Source: Candidatus Limnocylindria bacterium (GTDB lineage Bacteria > Chloroflexota > Limnocylindria > P2-11E). From it: 64,000 nucleotides of DNA. The position numbers and the translations under genes were made by a program. The stretch lies in NCBI GenBank assembly GCA_050692175.1, contig JBOGTG010000034.1, positions 965-64,964 on the forward strand. The letters are read 5' to 3'. This document shows positions 1 to 11,183 of the stretch, in pieces. Under the pieces are notes generated by a model. The model was not told the origin of the DNA and did no database searches. It saw only the letters and a program-made list of their open reading frames with translations. Position 1 is the first letter of the stretch; each line of letters starts with the position of its first letter.

Positions 1-311
1 TTCTGGTCGCGCTGGAAGAGGAGGCTCCAGCTTCGGATGATCTGCGCGCGCTGGAGCAACGAGGCCTGGTTCAGGATCACGACGTCGAGACCCTCGATCT
101 CGAGCGTCTTGGAGAGCTCGCTCACGAAGTACACCTGATAGTCGAAGAACTCGCTCGCGTTCACACGCGACAGCAGCAGCAGGGCGATGTCAAGGTCCTG
201 GTAGGTCCCCGCGATGCGCCTGCCGGTCACCGAACCCTGCGCGTAGGCCGCGTCGACCGGCGAGGTCTGGAAGAGACTTTGCAGCTGGGCCTGCTTTTCG
301 AAGAGGTCCAT
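1..311 (-). CDS. Nucleotidyltransferase-domain protein (MNT / Pol-beta superfamily type), partial; C-terminus lies beyond the window edge
   Basis: Own translation of the minus strand from ATG at 311..309: MDLFEKQAQLQSLFQTSPVDAAYAQGSVTGRRIAGTYQDLDIALLLLSR... It carries the GS...DLD nucleotidyltransferase signature and GC-rich third positions. It is absent from the ORF track because the window edge truncates it. Confidence 0.6.
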   Translation of the reverse strand, partial: MDLFEKQAQLQSLFQTSPVDAAYAQGSVTGRRIAGTYQDLDIALLLLSRVNASEFFDYQVYFVSELSKTLEIEGLDVVILNQASLLQRAQIIRSWSLLFQRDQ

Positions 312-313
312 AG

Positions 314-1027
314 CTATCTATATAAGGCAGGAGCCGTGCCGTGGCGCGCTCCCACCAGATTTGAAAGCATCCGATACCCGTCCGTACCCCCCAGAAGCGC
401 CTCCACGCAGCGTTCCGGGTGCGGCATGAGACCCAGCACATTGCCGGTGTCATTTGTCACTCCGGCGATGTTTCCGAGCGATCCGTTCGGATTCGCGGCC
501 GCTGTCACGACGCCGCGCTCGTCCACGTAGCGGAAGACGACCTGTCCGGCCGCCTCGACACGCGCGTGAGTCTCGGGATCAGCCACCCAGCAGCCCTCGC
601 CGTTTCCGATCGGCATGCGCAAGACCTCACCGTCGAGGCCGGCCGTGAATGGCGTCCGGTCGCTCTCCACGCGGATGCGCACCCAATCGGAGCGGTACCG
701 AAGATCGGCGTTGCGGATGAGCGCGCCCGGAAGCAGCCCGGCCTCGCAGAGGATCTGAAAGCCGTTGCAGCTGCCGAGGATCGCGCCGCCCTCTGACGCG
801 AAGCGGCGCAGCTCTTTTGTCCCGGGCGAGAGCTTGGCGATCGCACCCGCGCGCAGGTAATCGCCGTAGCTGAAGCCGCCGGGAACGATCGCCGCTTCGA
901 AGCCGCGCAGATCCGCGTCCTCGTGCCACTGGATCTCGGACTCGACTCCTTCTATCAGCGAGAGCGCATGCGCGAAGTCGCGCTCGCTCCACGTCCCGGG
1001 ATAGCGGAGGATGGCAACGCGGGTCAT
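314..1027 (-). CDS. purQ: Phosphoribosylformylglycinamidine synthase, glutaminase subunit PurQ
   Basis: C-terminal 237 aa of track ORF 314..1540, starting MTRVAILRYPGTWSERD. Class-I amidotransferase motifs are present: GGFSYGD, SCNGFQIL, HPER. The upstream part of the track ORF is Arg-rich shadow sequence. Confidence 0.93.
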   Translation of the reverse strand: MTRVAILRYPGTWSERDFAHALSLIEGVESEIQWHEDADLRGFEAAIVPGGFSYGDYLRAGAIAKLSPGTKELRRFASEGGAILGSCNGFQILCEAGLLPGALIRNADLRYRSDWVRIRVESDRTPFTAGLDGEVLRMPIGNGEGCWVADPETHARVEAAGQVVFRYVDERGVVTAAANPNGSLGNIAGVTNDTGNVLGLMPHPERCVEALLGGTDGYRMLSNLVGARHGTAPALYR

Positions 1028-1078
1028 CACCACCAGTTTGACCCACGGACGCGACGAGCCGGGAAGTAATTTCGGCTC

Positions 1079-1684
1079 GTGAAGGTCGCTGCTCTTGTGT
1101 TCGTGCTCGTCCTTGGGTCGTCGTGCGGGGTCATCGGCAGCCTGCGTCCCGGCCCGACGATCGCGCCGCTGATCTCGGCCAAGTTCCTCAGCGTGCATCT
1201 CTTCGTCGGCGACCAGGGTGACGCCCAGGAGAAAGCGCGCTTGCCTGCGCTGCGCGACTCGATCGCAGGAGCGTTGCCCGCGGCGTGGATAAACGCTACA
1301 GGGGGCCGCGGACAGCTCACGCTCCGGACCGATGCGGACATCGACGTGGAGCTGAACGGCACCGGGGGCACATCCGCCCTCACGCAGCACAAGCTCGGCG
1401 GTCGCGTCGTCTCGCGAACGATCGCCGTCCACACGATGGAAGGGTCGCGCCGACTTTCGGTGGCCGAGCTCCTCGTCACGACCGTCCACGAGCTCGGACA
1501 CATCTGGTGCTGCTTCGGACCAGGCACGAAGGACGGGCACTGGGCGGACACGCCCTCATCCTTCTCGAGCGTCGGGCTGATGTTCTCGCCGATGACGTGT
1601 ACGGTCGCGGCGGGGAGCGATCCGATCTGTCCGAGCACCTTCAGCGACCGCGAGCTCGCCGAGCTGCACCTCACCGCGCCCTAG
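1079..1684 (+). CDS. Putative secreted or lipoprotein zinc metalloprotease (HExxH)
   Basis: 201 aa with a GTG start. N-terminal hydrophobic signal VFVLVLGSSCG; HELGH motif (TTVHELGHIWCC); consistently GC-rich third positions. It lies on the strand opposite the pur genes and overlaps the purS 3' end by 14 nt. Confidence 0.6.
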   Translation: MKVAALVFVLVLGSSCGVIGSLRPGPTIAPLISAKFLSVHLFVGDQGDAQEKARLPALRDSIAGALPAAWINATGGRGQLTLRTDADIDVELNGTGGTSALTQHKLGGRVVSRTIAVHTMEGSRRLSVAELLVTTVHELGHIWCCFGPGTKDGHWADTPSSFSSVGLMFSPMTCTVAAGSDPICPSTFSDRELAELHLTAP

Positions 1685-1934
1685 CGACCTCGCGGTCGAC
1701 CTCGACCGAGTAGCTCTCGATCACCGGGTTCGCGAGGAGCTGGTCACCCATGCGGTCCGCGGCCTCGCGCGCGGCGTTCTCGTCTGCAGCTTCGAACGTG
1801 ACGACGATCTCCTTGCCGGTGCGGACGTCGGCGACGTCGTGGCCGAGCGAGCGCAACGCCGCGAGCACCGCCTCGCCTTGTGGGTCCCGGACCTCGGCCT
1901 TCGGCCGCACGAGGACGCGCGCGACAAATCTCAT
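1671..1934 (-). CDS. purS: Phosphoribosylformylglycinamidine synthase subunit PurS
   Basis: 87 aa: MRFVARVLVRPKAEVRDPQGEAVLAALRSLGHDVADVRTGKEIVVTFEA... Typical PurS size and sequence. Its ATG overlaps the purC stop (ATGA). Confidence 0.9.
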   Translation of the reverse strand: MRFVARVLVRPKAEVRDPQGEAVLAALRSLGHDVADVRTGKEIVVTFEAADENAAREAADRMGDQLLANPVIESYSVEVDREVARAR

Positions 1935-2818
1935 GACAGCTCCTTCCCCACGATGCGCTTGTACGCCTCGCGGTAGCGCTCGCTGGTGCCCTTGACGACC
2001 TCCGGCGGCAGCGCCGGCGCGGGAGGCTCTTTGTTCCAGCCGCTCCGCACGAGGAAGTCGCGCACGTACTGCTTGTCGAACGACGCGGGCGAGCTTCCCG
2101 GCTTGTACTCCGCGGCGTCCCAGTAGCGCGATGAATCCGGGGTCAGGATCTCGTCGATGAGGGTGATGTGCCCGTCGAACATCCCGAACTCGAACTTCGT
2201 GTCGGCGAGGATGAGGCCCTTCGATGCCGCGTAGTCGTGGGCGAAGCCGTAGAGCGCGAGCGTCAGGCGCTCGAGCTCGCGCGCGAGCTCGGTGCCGATC
2301 ATGCCCGCCAGCTGTGCGCGGCTGATGTTCTGGTCGTGCCCCGACTCGGCTTTCGTGGCGGGTGTGAAGATCGGCTCCGCGAGCTGCTCGGATTCGATGA
2401 GCGCCTTCGGCAGCTCCTCGCCGGCCACGGTCCCGAGCGCCTTGTACTCCGTCCAAGCGGAGCCGGAGATGTATCCGCGGGCGACGCACTCGATATCGAT
2501 GCGCTCGCAGTGCTGGACGAGCACCGCGCGACCGGCCAGCGAGCGCGCGTCCTTGAATGCCTTCGGAAAGCGGCGGAGGTCGGTCGAGACCAGATGGTTC
2601 GGCACGATCTTGTCGGTCTTGCGGAACCAGAAATTGGAGAGCTGCGTCAGGACGCGGCCTTTGTCGGGGATCGGCGTCGGAAGGACGGCATCGAAGGCCG
2701 ACAGCCGATCGCTGGCGACGATGACGAGCTTGTCCCCGCCGGCCTCGTAAACGTCGCGGACCTTGCCGCGGCGGAAGAGGGTCGCTCCGTCGACACGCGA
2801 TTCGAGGAGGACGCTCAC
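1931..2818 (-). CDS. purC: Phosphoribosylaminoimidazole-succinocarboxamide (SAICAR) synthase PurC
   Basis: Contains GKVRDVYE, ASDRLSAFD and LADTKFEFG motifs. The start was placed at GTG 2818 because it overlaps the purB stop (GTGA). Confidence 0.93.
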   Translation of the reverse strand: MSVLLESRVDGATLFRRGKVRDVYEAGGDKLVIVASDRLSAFDAVLPTPIPDKGRVLTQLSNFWFRKTDKIVPNHLVSTDLRRFPKAFKDARSLAGRAVLVQHCERIDIECVARGYISGSAWTEYKALGTVAGEELPKALIESEQLAEPIFTPATKAESGHDQNISRAQLAGMIGTELARELERLTLALYGFAHDYAASKGLILADTKFEFGMFDGHITLIDEILTPDSSRYWDAAEYKPGSSPASFDKQYVRDFLVRSGWNKEPPAPALPPEVVKGTSERYREAYKRIVGKELS

Positions 2819-4221
2819 TCGGGAAGGATGCCCTTGAGGCGCTCGCGCCACGCCGACGCGATGTCCCGCGCTATGTCGGAGGCGAGACCGCGGTACTCCT
2901 CGGGACGCTCGAGGATCCGCCGCTCGTCGGGCGTGAACTTTGTCAAAAATTCGCGAAACTCCGTGTCGGCCGTCGCGACCTCCAGGAGCGAGCGCGACCC
3001 GCGCTCGGCCTCGAGCGTGAGCCGGCGCACGGCCTCGTGGGAGTCAGGATGGCCGTACTTCGCGAGGAGCACGTAGAGGGGCTCGGCCGCGATCGCGCCT
3101 CTCGACATCGCGAGGTTCGCCTTCAAACGCTCCCGGTCGACGCGCATGCCGTCGAGCGACGACGCGAGACGACCCGCCGCATAGGTCGTGGCCGCGAGGA
3201 TCTCGCCCAGGAACCGCTGCGACGCCGAATTGGTGAGATCGCGCTGGTGCTCGCTGATCTGGTCCATATAGGTGGTGAGCATCCGCGGCGCGATCGCCTT
3301 CCAGATCGATTTGACGTTCTCGAAGGAGACCGGGTTGCGCTTGTGGGGCATCGTCGAAGAGCCGACCTGCTCCGCTGCGAAGGACTCGGCCACCTCACCG
3401 ATCTCGCTCCGCTGGAGGTGCCGCATGTCGTCGGCGAGATTGGCCATCACGCCGAGCGCGCTCACGCAGGCGTGCGCGAGGTCGGTCCAGCCCTCCGGCG
3501 GCACGATCTGCGTGGAGACCGGAGCCGCGTGGAGCTGCAGGCTCGCGAGGAATCGGCGCTCGAGGGCGCGGGGATCCGAGGCTAAGAGCGCAAGCGCGTT
3601 GTACGCGCCGACCGCACCGGAGAGCTTGCCCGGAAGGCGCCTGGCACCCAGGCGGAGCACCTCGAGCCGGTCGCCCAGGCGCGAGACGTACTCAGCCATG
3701 GCGAACCCGAACGTCACGGGCTCGGCGTGACGGCCATGCGTGCGCCCGATCTGGGCCGTGTCGGCCTCGGCCTCGGCGATGGAGATGCACTTGGCGATGA
3801 GCACGGCGACCGTCGGGACCACGACGCGGTCGACGCACTCGCGGTAGCGGAGCGCGTTCGCCGTGTCGACGATGTCGTAGCTCGTCGCGCCGAGGTGGAC
3901 AAAGCGCTTGGCCTCGTCGGGCACCTGCGCACGGATCACGTTCACGAGCGCGCGCACGTCGTGACGGGTGCGCGTCTCCTCCTCGGCCACCTCCTGCGCG
4001 GTGATGCGATCGGCGGCACTCGCGATCGCGTTCGCGACGCTCTTGTCGGTGATGCCGACGTCCGCGAGCGCGAGGGCCAGCGCCCCCTCGACGCGCGCCA
4101 TGTATTTGATCGCCGCGGCCGCCGAGAGGTACGGGTGGAGCGCCTTGTACAGGGCCGGGTCGCCCCCGTAGAAGCGCGAGTCAATCGGCGAGATCGCGTC
4201 GAAGCGGTTCGTGATCGTCAT
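2815..4221 (-). CDS. purB: Adenylosuccinate lyase PurB
   Basis: 468 aa starting [20 protein letters not shown]. Fumarate-lyase signature [11 protein letters not shown]. Its ATG overlaps the purE stop (ATGA). The longer track ORF has an Arg-rich N-terminal extension. Confidence 0.93.
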   Translation of the reverse strand: MTITNRFDAISPIDSRFYGGDPALYKALHPYLSAAAAIKYMARVEGALALALADVGITDKSVANAIASAADRITAQEVAEEETRTRHDVRALVNVIRAQVPDEAKRFVHLGATSYDIVDTANALRYRECVDRVVVPTVAVLIAKCISIAEAEADTAQIGRTHGRHAEPVTFGFAMAEYVSRLGDRLEVLRLGARRLPGKLSGAVGAYNALALLASDPRALERRFLASLQLHAAPVSTQIVPPEGWTDLAHACVSALGVMANLADDMRHLQRSEIGEVAESFAAEQVGSSTMPHKRNPVSFENVKSIWKAIAPRMLTTYMDQISEHQRDLTNSASQRFLGEILAATTYAAGRLASSLDGMRVDRERLKANLAMSRGAIAAEPLYVLLAKYGHPDSHEAVRRLTLEAERGSRSLLEVATADTEFREFLTKFTPDERRILERPEEYRGLASDIARDIASAWRERLKGILPE

Positions 4222-4700
4222 CCCGCGATCACCTTCGCTGCGGTGCGCTCGCGCATCTCCTTGAGCCGGGTGGCCAGGAGCTCGTCGCCAGTGGCGAGGA
4301 TTTGGGCCGCAAGTATTCCGGCGTTCGCCGCGCCGGCCTCGCCGACGGCGACGGTCGCGACGGGGACTCCACGAGGCATCTGGACGGTCGAGAGAAGGGC
4401 GTCGAGTCCTCCGGCGATCGCGTTCGGCGCGACCAGGGGGACGCCGATCACCGGAAGCGTCGTGAGCGCGGCGACCGCGCCCGCAAGGTGCGCCGCGCCG
4501 CCGGCGCCGCAGATGACGACGCGGACACCGCGGCCCTCGAGCGAATCGACCCACTCGCGCAGGGCTTCGGGCGTGCGATGCGCGGAGAGAACCCGCGTCT
4601 CGAACTCGACGCCGAGATTCAGAAGCGTCTCGGCCGCAAGATGCATCGTCGCCTGGTCCGATGTGGAGCCCATGACGATCGCGACCTTCGATGTCGTCAA
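4218..4700 (-). CDS. purE: N5-carboxyaminoimidazole ribonucleotide mutase PurE
   Basis: 160 aa: [26 protein letters not shown] motifs. Confidence 0.95.
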   Translation of the reverse strand: MTTSKVAIVMGSTSDQATMHLAAETLLNLGVEFETRVLSAHRTPEALREWVDSLEGRGVRVVICGAGGAAHLAGAVAALTTLPVIGVPLVAPNAIAGGLDALLSTVQMPRGVPVATVAVGEAGAANAGILAAQILATGDELLATRLKEMRERTAAKVIAG

Positions 4701-6055
4701 GCGACCGCCACCTCCTGCTGCGCGATGTCGGAACGATAGAACTTGCCCTCGAACGTCACGCGCTCCGCCCCGGCATAAGCGCGGTCGCGCGCTTCGGCGA
4801 GGCTGTCGCCGCTCGCGACCATGTGCATGACCCGGCCGCCACCCACGACGACATTTCCCACCTTGTCGCGCTTGGTCGCCCCGTGGAATGCAAGCACGTT
4901 CTCGGGCAGTCGATCGAGACCCTCGACTGCCATGCCGATCTTCGGCGTCCCCGGATAATTCTCGGCGCAGAGGACCACGTCGATGTAGGCGCGCTTGCTG
5001 AAGCGGATCGGCTCGGCGGAAACGTACTCCGCAAGGCGGCCTTCACCCAGGGCGACGAGGAGCTTCGCGAAATCGCCCTCGATCCGCGGAAGCGTGACCT
5101 CCGCCTCGGGATCGCCGAAGCGAGCGTTGTACTCGAGCACCTTCCAGCCGTCCGCGGTCTTCATGAGTCCCGCGTAAAGGACGCCGCGGTACGGCGTCCC
5201 GCGCTTTGCGAGCGCCGCCGCTACCGGCCCGATGACCTCGTCCGCTACGGCCTGCGCCTCGTCGTCGGGCAGAACGGCGGTCGGCGAGAACGCGCCCATG
5301 CCGCCGGTGTTTGGGCCGGTGTCGCCGTCACGCGCACGCTTGTGATCGCGCGCGGGCGGGAGCGCGACGACGGTCTCGCCGTCGACGAGCGCCTGCAGGG
5401 ACGCCTCTTCTCCCTGAAGGACCTCTTCGAGCAGGACGCGCCCGCTGTTCGCCGGCGGCGTCGCGAGGGCCTCGACCGCCTCCTCGAGCGTCCGCGCGAC
5501 GGTCACGCCCTTGCCGAGCGCGAGGCCGTCGGCCTTTACGACGACCGGCGCCTCCCAGCGCAGAAGCGCGTCCTTCGCGGCCGCGGCGTCGGCGAACGAT
5601 TCCGACCTCGCGGTGGGTACGCCGGCCTCGGCCATGAGCTCTTTCGCGAACGACTTCGACCACTCGACCTTCGACGCCTCCCTCGATGCACCGACCACGG
5701 CGATGCCCGAGCGGCGCAGCGCATCCGCGATACCCGCCGCGATCAGCTCGTCGGTACCGACGATCGCAAGGTCGATGAACGACGCGAGAACATGTTCGTC
5801 GAGCCAGGCGACGTTGTCGGGGCGTTGATCGAGGACGCGCGTGAAGAGCGAAAGGCCGGCATTGCCTGGAACGACGTCTATGGTCGTCACGCTGCTGCAG
5901 TTCGCGAGGCGCCACGCGATCGCGTACTCACGGCCCCCGCCGCCGAGCACGAGACAGTTGATCCCGGGCGCACCGGCGGAGCGCCGGGGGCTGCGCGCTC
6001 TCCGTTGCTCCCAGATCTTCTTGTAGACCGACTCGCCGCCGAAGATCCCCTTCAC
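4697..6055 (-). CDS. purD: Phosphoribosylamine-glycine ligase PurD (start uncertain)
   Basis: [16 protein letters not shown] and ATP-grasp motifs. The track start at 6079 is a TTG inside the intergenic repeat, so GTG at 6055 was chosen. About 30 aa still lie N-terminal to the conserved GGGGRE motif. Confidence 0.88.
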   Translation of the reverse strand: MKGIFGGESVYKKIWEQRRARSPRRSAGAPGINCLVLGGGGREYAIAWRLANCSSVTTIDVVPGNAGLSLFTRVLDQRPDNVAWLDEHVLASFIDLAIVGTDELIAAGIADALRRSGIAVVGASREASKVEWSKSFAKELMAEAGVPTARSESFADAAAAKDALLRWEAPVVVKADGLALGKGVTVARTLEEAVEALATPPANSGRVLLEEVLQGEEASLQALVDGETVVALPPARDHKRARDGDTGPNTGGMGAFSPTAVLPDDEAQAVADEVIGPVAAALAKRGTPYRGVLYAGLMKTADGWKVLEYNARFGDPEAEVTLPRIEGDFAKLLVALGEGRLAEYVSAEPIRFSKRAYIDVVLCAENYPGTPKIGMAVEGLDRLPENVLAFHGATKRDKVGNVVVGGGRVMHMVASGDSLAEARDRAYAGAERVTFEGKFYRSDIAQQEVAVA

Positions 6056-6059
6056 GCGC

Positions 6060-6159
6060 CTATTCCCATTCCCGCTCAATCTCGCGCTGCGCGCGAGACA
6101 CGCTCAAGCTGCCGGTGTTCGGTCGTCCCAGCAAAGCCGCTCCTCCCTCATTCCCATTC
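6060..6159 (-). repeat. Intergenic hairpin-bearing repeat, copy A (guaA/purD junction), with flanking direct duplication
   Basis: The core 6072..6147 resembles 40893..40969 closely (most positions match by eye). Hairpin: CTCGCGC-TGC-GCGCGAG at 6081..6097. Flanks 6060..6071 (ctattcccattc) and 6148..6159 (tcattcccattc) duplicate the last codons of guaA. Confidence 0.6.
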
Positions 6160-7731
6160 AATCGTCGCGGGTGGCTTTGACGAGACGTCGTACACGACGC
6201 GGTTCACGCCGGGCACCTCGTTCACGATGCGCGCCGAGACTCGCTCGAGCAGGTCGTACGGAAGGCGCGCCCAGTCCGCGGTCATGAAGTCTTCGGTGGT
6301 CACCGCGCGGAGGGCGACGAGCGCCCCATAGGTGCGGAAGTCCCCCTGCACGCCGACGCTCTGGACCGGTGTGAGGACCGCGAACGCCTGCGCGACCGTC
6401 CGGTAGAGATCGGCGGCGCGCAGCTCCTCGAGGAAGATCGCGTCGGCTCGCCTGAGCGTCGCGAGGCTCTCGCGGTCGACCGGCCCGAGAACGCGCACCG
6501 CCAGACCGGGACCGGGGAACGGGTGCCGCCAGAGGATGTCTTCGGGGATGGCGAGCTCAGCGCCGACGCGCCGCACCTCGTCCTTGAACAGGCGGCGCAG
6601 CGGCTCGACGAGCTCGAGTGCCATGACCTCCGGGAGCCCTCCGACGTTGTGATGCGTCTTGATGCGGGCGCTCGTTTTCGAATCGCGCGAGCGCGACTCG
6701 ATGACGTCCGGGTAGATCGTGCCCTGCACGAGGAGATCGACGCGTCCGATCCTTTTGGCCTGCTCCTCGAAGCAGCGCACGAACTCCTCGCCGATGATCG
6801 CGCGCTTGCTCTCGGGATCCGCGACGCCCTTGAGCTTCGCGAGAAAACGGTCCGCCGCGTCGAGGTGGATGAGCCGAAGCCGCGGCCCGAAGGTCGCGAT
6901 GACCTCCTCGGCCTCGTTTGCGCGCAGGAGTCCCGTGTCGACGAACACGCACGTCAGCCGGTCCCCGATCGCGCGCGCCACGAGCGCCGCCGCCACGGCC
7001 GAATCGACGCCGCCGGAAAGCGCGCAGATCGCGTGACGATCGCCGATCTTCTCGCGAAGCTCGGCCAGAGCCTCCTCGACGAACGCGGCCGGCGTCCAGT
7101 CGCCGGTCGCGCCGCACACCCGGTAGAGGAAGTTGCGCAGGATCTCGGCGCCGTGCGGCGTGTGCCCGACCTCGGGATGGAACTGCACCGCGTAGCGCGA
7201 GCGGCCGTCGGTCATCGCGGCCACCGGGACGCTGGTCGTCCTCGCGATGACGCTGAAGCCCTCCGGCGGGCGGCGCACCGTGTCACCGTGGCTCACCCAC
7301 GCGCGCTCCTGCCCGGCGAGGCCCTCGAAGATCCCTTCACGGTCCACGATCTCGACCGTCGCCGGCCCATACTCGCGCTTTCCCTCGGCGACGACGTCGC
7401 CTCCCAGTAGGTGCGCCATGAGCTGCATGCCGTAGCAGATGCCGAGTACGGGAAACTCGCCCGAGATGATCCCTGGATCGACACTTGGAGCTCCCGGCTC
7501 GTACACGCTCGCGGGACCGCCCGAGAGGATCACGCCGATCACGTTCCGCGCGCGGAGCTCGTCGGGGGTCACGTCGTGCGGAAAGATCTCGCAGTACACG
7601 CGCGATTCCCGAACGCGACGGGCTATGAGCTGCGTGTATTGCGAGCCGAAGTCGAGGATCGCGATCGTCGCTCGCGCGGACGGGCCGGACCTCGCCCCGG
7701 TCTCGGGGCGATCCGTCTGCTGACGACTCAT
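6148..7731 (-). CDS. guaA: GMP synthase (glutamine-hydrolysing) GuaA
   Basis: 527 aa from MSRQQTD. Contains [28 protein letters not shown] and a C-terminal ...PPATIEWE. Confidence 0.95.
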   Translation of the reverse strand: MSRQQTDRPETGARSGPSARATIAILDFGSQYTQLIARRVRESRVYCEIFPHDVTPDELRARNVIGVILSGGPASVYEPGAPSVDPGIISGEFPVLGICYGMQLMAHLLGGDVVAEGKREYGPATVEIVDREGIFEGLAGQERAWVSHGDTVRRPPEGFSVIARTTSVPVAAMTDGRSRYAVQFHPEVGHTPHGAEILRNFLYRVCGATGDWTPAAFVEEALAELREKIGDRHAICALSGGVDSAVAAALVARAIGDRLTCVFVDTGLLRANEAEEVIATFGPRLRLIHLDAADRFLAKLKGVADPESKRAIIGEEFVRCFEEQAKRIGRVDLLVQGTIYPDVIESRSRDSKTSARIKTHHNVGGLPEVMALELVEPLRRLFKDEVRRVGAELAIPEDILWRHPFPGPGLAVRVLGPVDRESLATLRRADAIFLEELRAADLYRTVAQAFAVLTPVQSVGVQGDFRTYGALVALRAVTTEDFMTADWARLPYDLLERVSARIVNEVPGVNRVVYDVSSKPPATIEWE

Positions 7732-7735
7732 TTGA

Positions 7736-8860
<1,125 letters not shown>

Positions 8861-10006
8861 TTAGAAGAGGACTCCTGTGACCGAGGGCGTTTGCGCGGTG
8901 TCGATGGCCTCGCCTGCGGCGCTCGTGAGCGATCCCGCGGGGATCCAGGTTGCGGTGCTCGAGCCCGCCACGGTGCCTGCGCTCTTGACCCCGGCAAGGG
9001 TAATCGTAAGCACGGTGTTTCCCGCGGTCCATGCACAGATCGAGTTCTTTGCGGTGCCGCTACCCGTGAAGTAGCCATTGTTGCCGAGCACGATGGTGCC
9101 GAACGTCAGGCTCGCGCCACTCGCCGAGATGGTGTCGGGGTTCGTGTTGTTCGTGAGCAGATCTGAGCCCGAGTCGCCGGCGGTGCATATGCCCAACGTG
9201 GCCGGGTTGGCGGCTTCGCTGAAAGTGAGGACGATCACGTCGCCGCTCTCCGGCTTGCCCGCCACGCCTGCGTTGTTGAGTGCAACGACCGTCGCACGGA
9301 AGTGATCCAGAGTGAATGTGGCACTTGTGCCGCTCCGAGCAGGCGTGCCACCCGTGACAGTGATCGTCTGGCTCGCAGCGTAGGCGCCGGTGATGGTCAC
9401 GCTCTGCGTGAGCGAGCCGTTGATCATCGTCGCGGAGGTCGGCACGATCGTCCCCGAACTCACCGCGAAAGTCACCGTGCCGTTGAAGGCGCTGACCGCC
9501 GAGCCATCCTGCGCCTGCGCAGTGATCGTCACGTTGAACGCGGTGCTCGAGTGCTGCGTCGCAATGGCGTTGAAGGTGAAGTGGTCGAGAGGCTTCGCGC
9601 TGGCCTGCGCCGAGTCCACGCTCGCCCAGTTCGCGCCGTTTGAGTCGTAGTAGCCCCGAACGACGTAAAAGAACGTGCCCGGACCGGGCACGTCGTCGTA
9701 GGTGACCGTCGCGCGTCCGGCGATCTGCTGGATCTGCGCAAAAGGACCACTGGCGCTCGGTGCGCGGTAGATGCGGTGGCCGCTCGCCCACGTCGAGCTC
9801 GTCGCGGTCCACGCCACGCGGACCGTGCCACCGTTCGACTGCACCGTCGCGGTTACGCCGGTCGGCGCGGCGAGGGTCGCGGTGGCGAGCTGGTTCGAGG
9901 GATTCGTCGTCGGGGCGGTGAAGGTCGCGCCGGTCGAGAGAGTGAGCATGAGCAGTGTCACGCTCACCAGCGCAAGGATGACCAGCGCGTAGATCCGCGC
10001 GGCCAT
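8861..10006 (-). CDS. Large secreted protein with a TasA/SipW-type N-terminal signal plus Fn3-like and Ig-like domains
   Basis: 381 aa from [45 protein letters not shown]. This is the same signal and mature-end motif as the TasA-like gene. It also has an Fn3-like segment (VRVAWTA...YRAP...YVVRGYY) and Thr/Ser-rich beta-type repeats. It starts 1 nt after the signal peptidase stop. Confidence 0.7.
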   Translation of the reverse strand: MAARIYALVILALVSVTLLMLTLSTGATFTAPTTNPSNQLATATLAAPTGVTATVQSNGGTVRVAWTATSSTWASGHRIYRAPSASGPFAQIQQIAGRATVTYDDVPGPGTFFYVVRGYYDSNGANWASVDSAQASAKPLDHFTFNAIATQHSSTAFNVTITAQAQDGSAVSAFNGTVTFAVSSGTIVPTSATMINGSLTQSVTITGAYAASQTITVTGGTPARSGTSATFTLDHFRATVVALNNAGVAGKPESGDVIVLTFSEAANPATLGICTAGDSGSDLLTNNTNPDTISASGASLTFGTIVLGNNGYFTGSGTAKNSICAWTAGNTVLTITLAGVKSAGTVAGSSTATWIPAGSLTSAAGEAIDTAQTPSVTGVLF

Positions 10007-10007
10007 G

Positions 10008-10607
10008 TCAGGCCGCGATCCGACGCCCGGTCGCTTCGCGAAGCCATCCCATGTGGTCTGCCCAGAGCTCGTCTCGGTCGATCGTCGCCCGCTGCACGGC
10101 CTGGCGGCGGCTGCGTGGGCGCATCGGCTTCGCGTTGCCGAAGACGAGCATCGCGGCACAGACGACGAACACGATCGCCGCGATCGCCGTGAGCGCGATT
10201 CGCCAGTAGGCCTGCGCGTAAACGATCGCGTATCCGAGAAGCGGGACTGACGTGCGGTAGATGCCGACCTGGCCCGGGAAGTGGACGGGCTCGGGGTCCG
10301 CGACGACGTTGGCGTCGCCCTTCGTGGTGAAGGTCGGGCTGGCGGCGTTCGAGGCGTCGATCGCGATGACGCGGTGCGTGGTCATCTGCCCGTAGTGCTC
10401 GAAGGTGATGATGTCGCCGCGGACGACCAGTGAAGGCGAGACGGGCTCGACGATCGCGAGCGCGCCCTTCTGGATCGCCGGCTCCATGGAGCTCCCGGTG
10501 ACGACGAAGGTTCCCATGCCGAGCGTGCGGACTGCGACGAGGCCGAGGCACATGGACAAGAGGGCGACCGCGAGTGCCATCGAGCAGATCTGCCAGAGCC
10601 TTTTCAC
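10008..10607 (-). CDS. Signal peptidase I, SipW / archaeal-ER type
   Basis: 199 aa. Contains GSSMEPAI (Ser nucleophile), TTHRVI (His rather than Lys), TKGDAN, and a C-terminal transmembrane segment. AAGGAGG lies upstream of the GTG start. Confidence 0.85.
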   Translation of the reverse strand: MKRLWQICSMALAVALLSMCLGLVAVRTLGMGTFVVTGSSMEPAIQKGALAIVEPVSPSLVVRGDIITFEHYGQMTTHRVIAIDASNAASPTFTTKGDANVVADPEPVHFPGQVGIYRTSVPLLGYAIVYAQAYWRIALTAIAAIVFVVCAAMLVFGNAKPMRPRSRRQAVQRATIDRDELWADHMGWLREATGRRIAA

Positions 10608-10631
10608 GGTCGCCCTCCTTTCTTTCTTGGC

Positions 10632-11183
10632 TTAGCGGGCCGTGCCCGCGAGCTGTGTTGCGGTGTACGTGACGGTGAAGTCCTGCGACAAGGCCTGGAA
10701 GGCGTTGCCGGCCGTTGTCGGCAGGCTGAAGACGAAGGTCAGGTAGTCGCTCCCTGCCGGGGCGACGGTGCCGGAGGCCGGGATGACGAGGTTCTTCAGG
10801 GCGCCTGAGTAGACGACGTTCGCCGGAGTCGTGCAGTTGTTGCAGCGGTAGACCGAGGCCTGGAGGCCGAATGTCGCGTCGGTCCAGAGAAGCGTGCTCG
10901 CGGTCGCGGTGATCGCGCCGGCGTACGTGAATCCGGTGTTCCCACCGTTCGTCAGCTGGACGACCCGCTGTGCCGTGTCCCCGGGGACGAGGTTGGTGAT
11001 GTTGACGAGGTCACCCGGGTTCGGCTTGTCGTTCGAGATCACGAGCGTCGCGGTCGCGAAGGTGTTGCCGGGGTTCGTCGTCGTGGCCGTAAACGTTGCC
11101 GTGGTCGAGCCGACCGACGTCACGCCGATCAGTACCAGGGCCGAGAGCGCCATCGTCGCGAGAAGGAAGTTCGTTCCGCGCAT
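10632..11183 (-). CDS. TasA / CalY (camelysin)-like secreted fibre-type protein
   Basis: 183 aa. Signal plus GSTTATFTATTTNPGNTFATATL; also VPGD...LTNGGN and AFQALSQDFTVTYTATQ. This pattern is characteristic of SipW-dependent TasA-family proteins. Confidence 0.8.
   Translation of the reverse strand: MRGTNFLLATMALSALVLIGVTSVGSTTATFTATTTNPGNTFATATLVISNDKPNPGDLVNITNLVPGDTAQRVVQLTNGGNTGFTYAGAITATASTLLWTDATFGLQASVYRCNNCTTPANVVYSGALKNLVIPASGTVAPAGSDYLTFVFSLPTTAGNAFQALSQDFTVTYTATQLAGTAR

Noticed and set aside
314-1540. Long N-terminal extensions in track ORFs. Examples are purQ 314..1540, purS 1671..2489, purB 2815..4554, guaA 6148..8091, nuoM 35406..37121, the hydrolase 51849..53141, and the transaldolase frame from 59858.
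   Set aside because: The extensions are Arg-rich and overlap the upstream gene. An internal ATG, GTG or TTG gives the canonical protein N-terminus, usually with a 4-nt stop/start overlap. Those internal starts were used.
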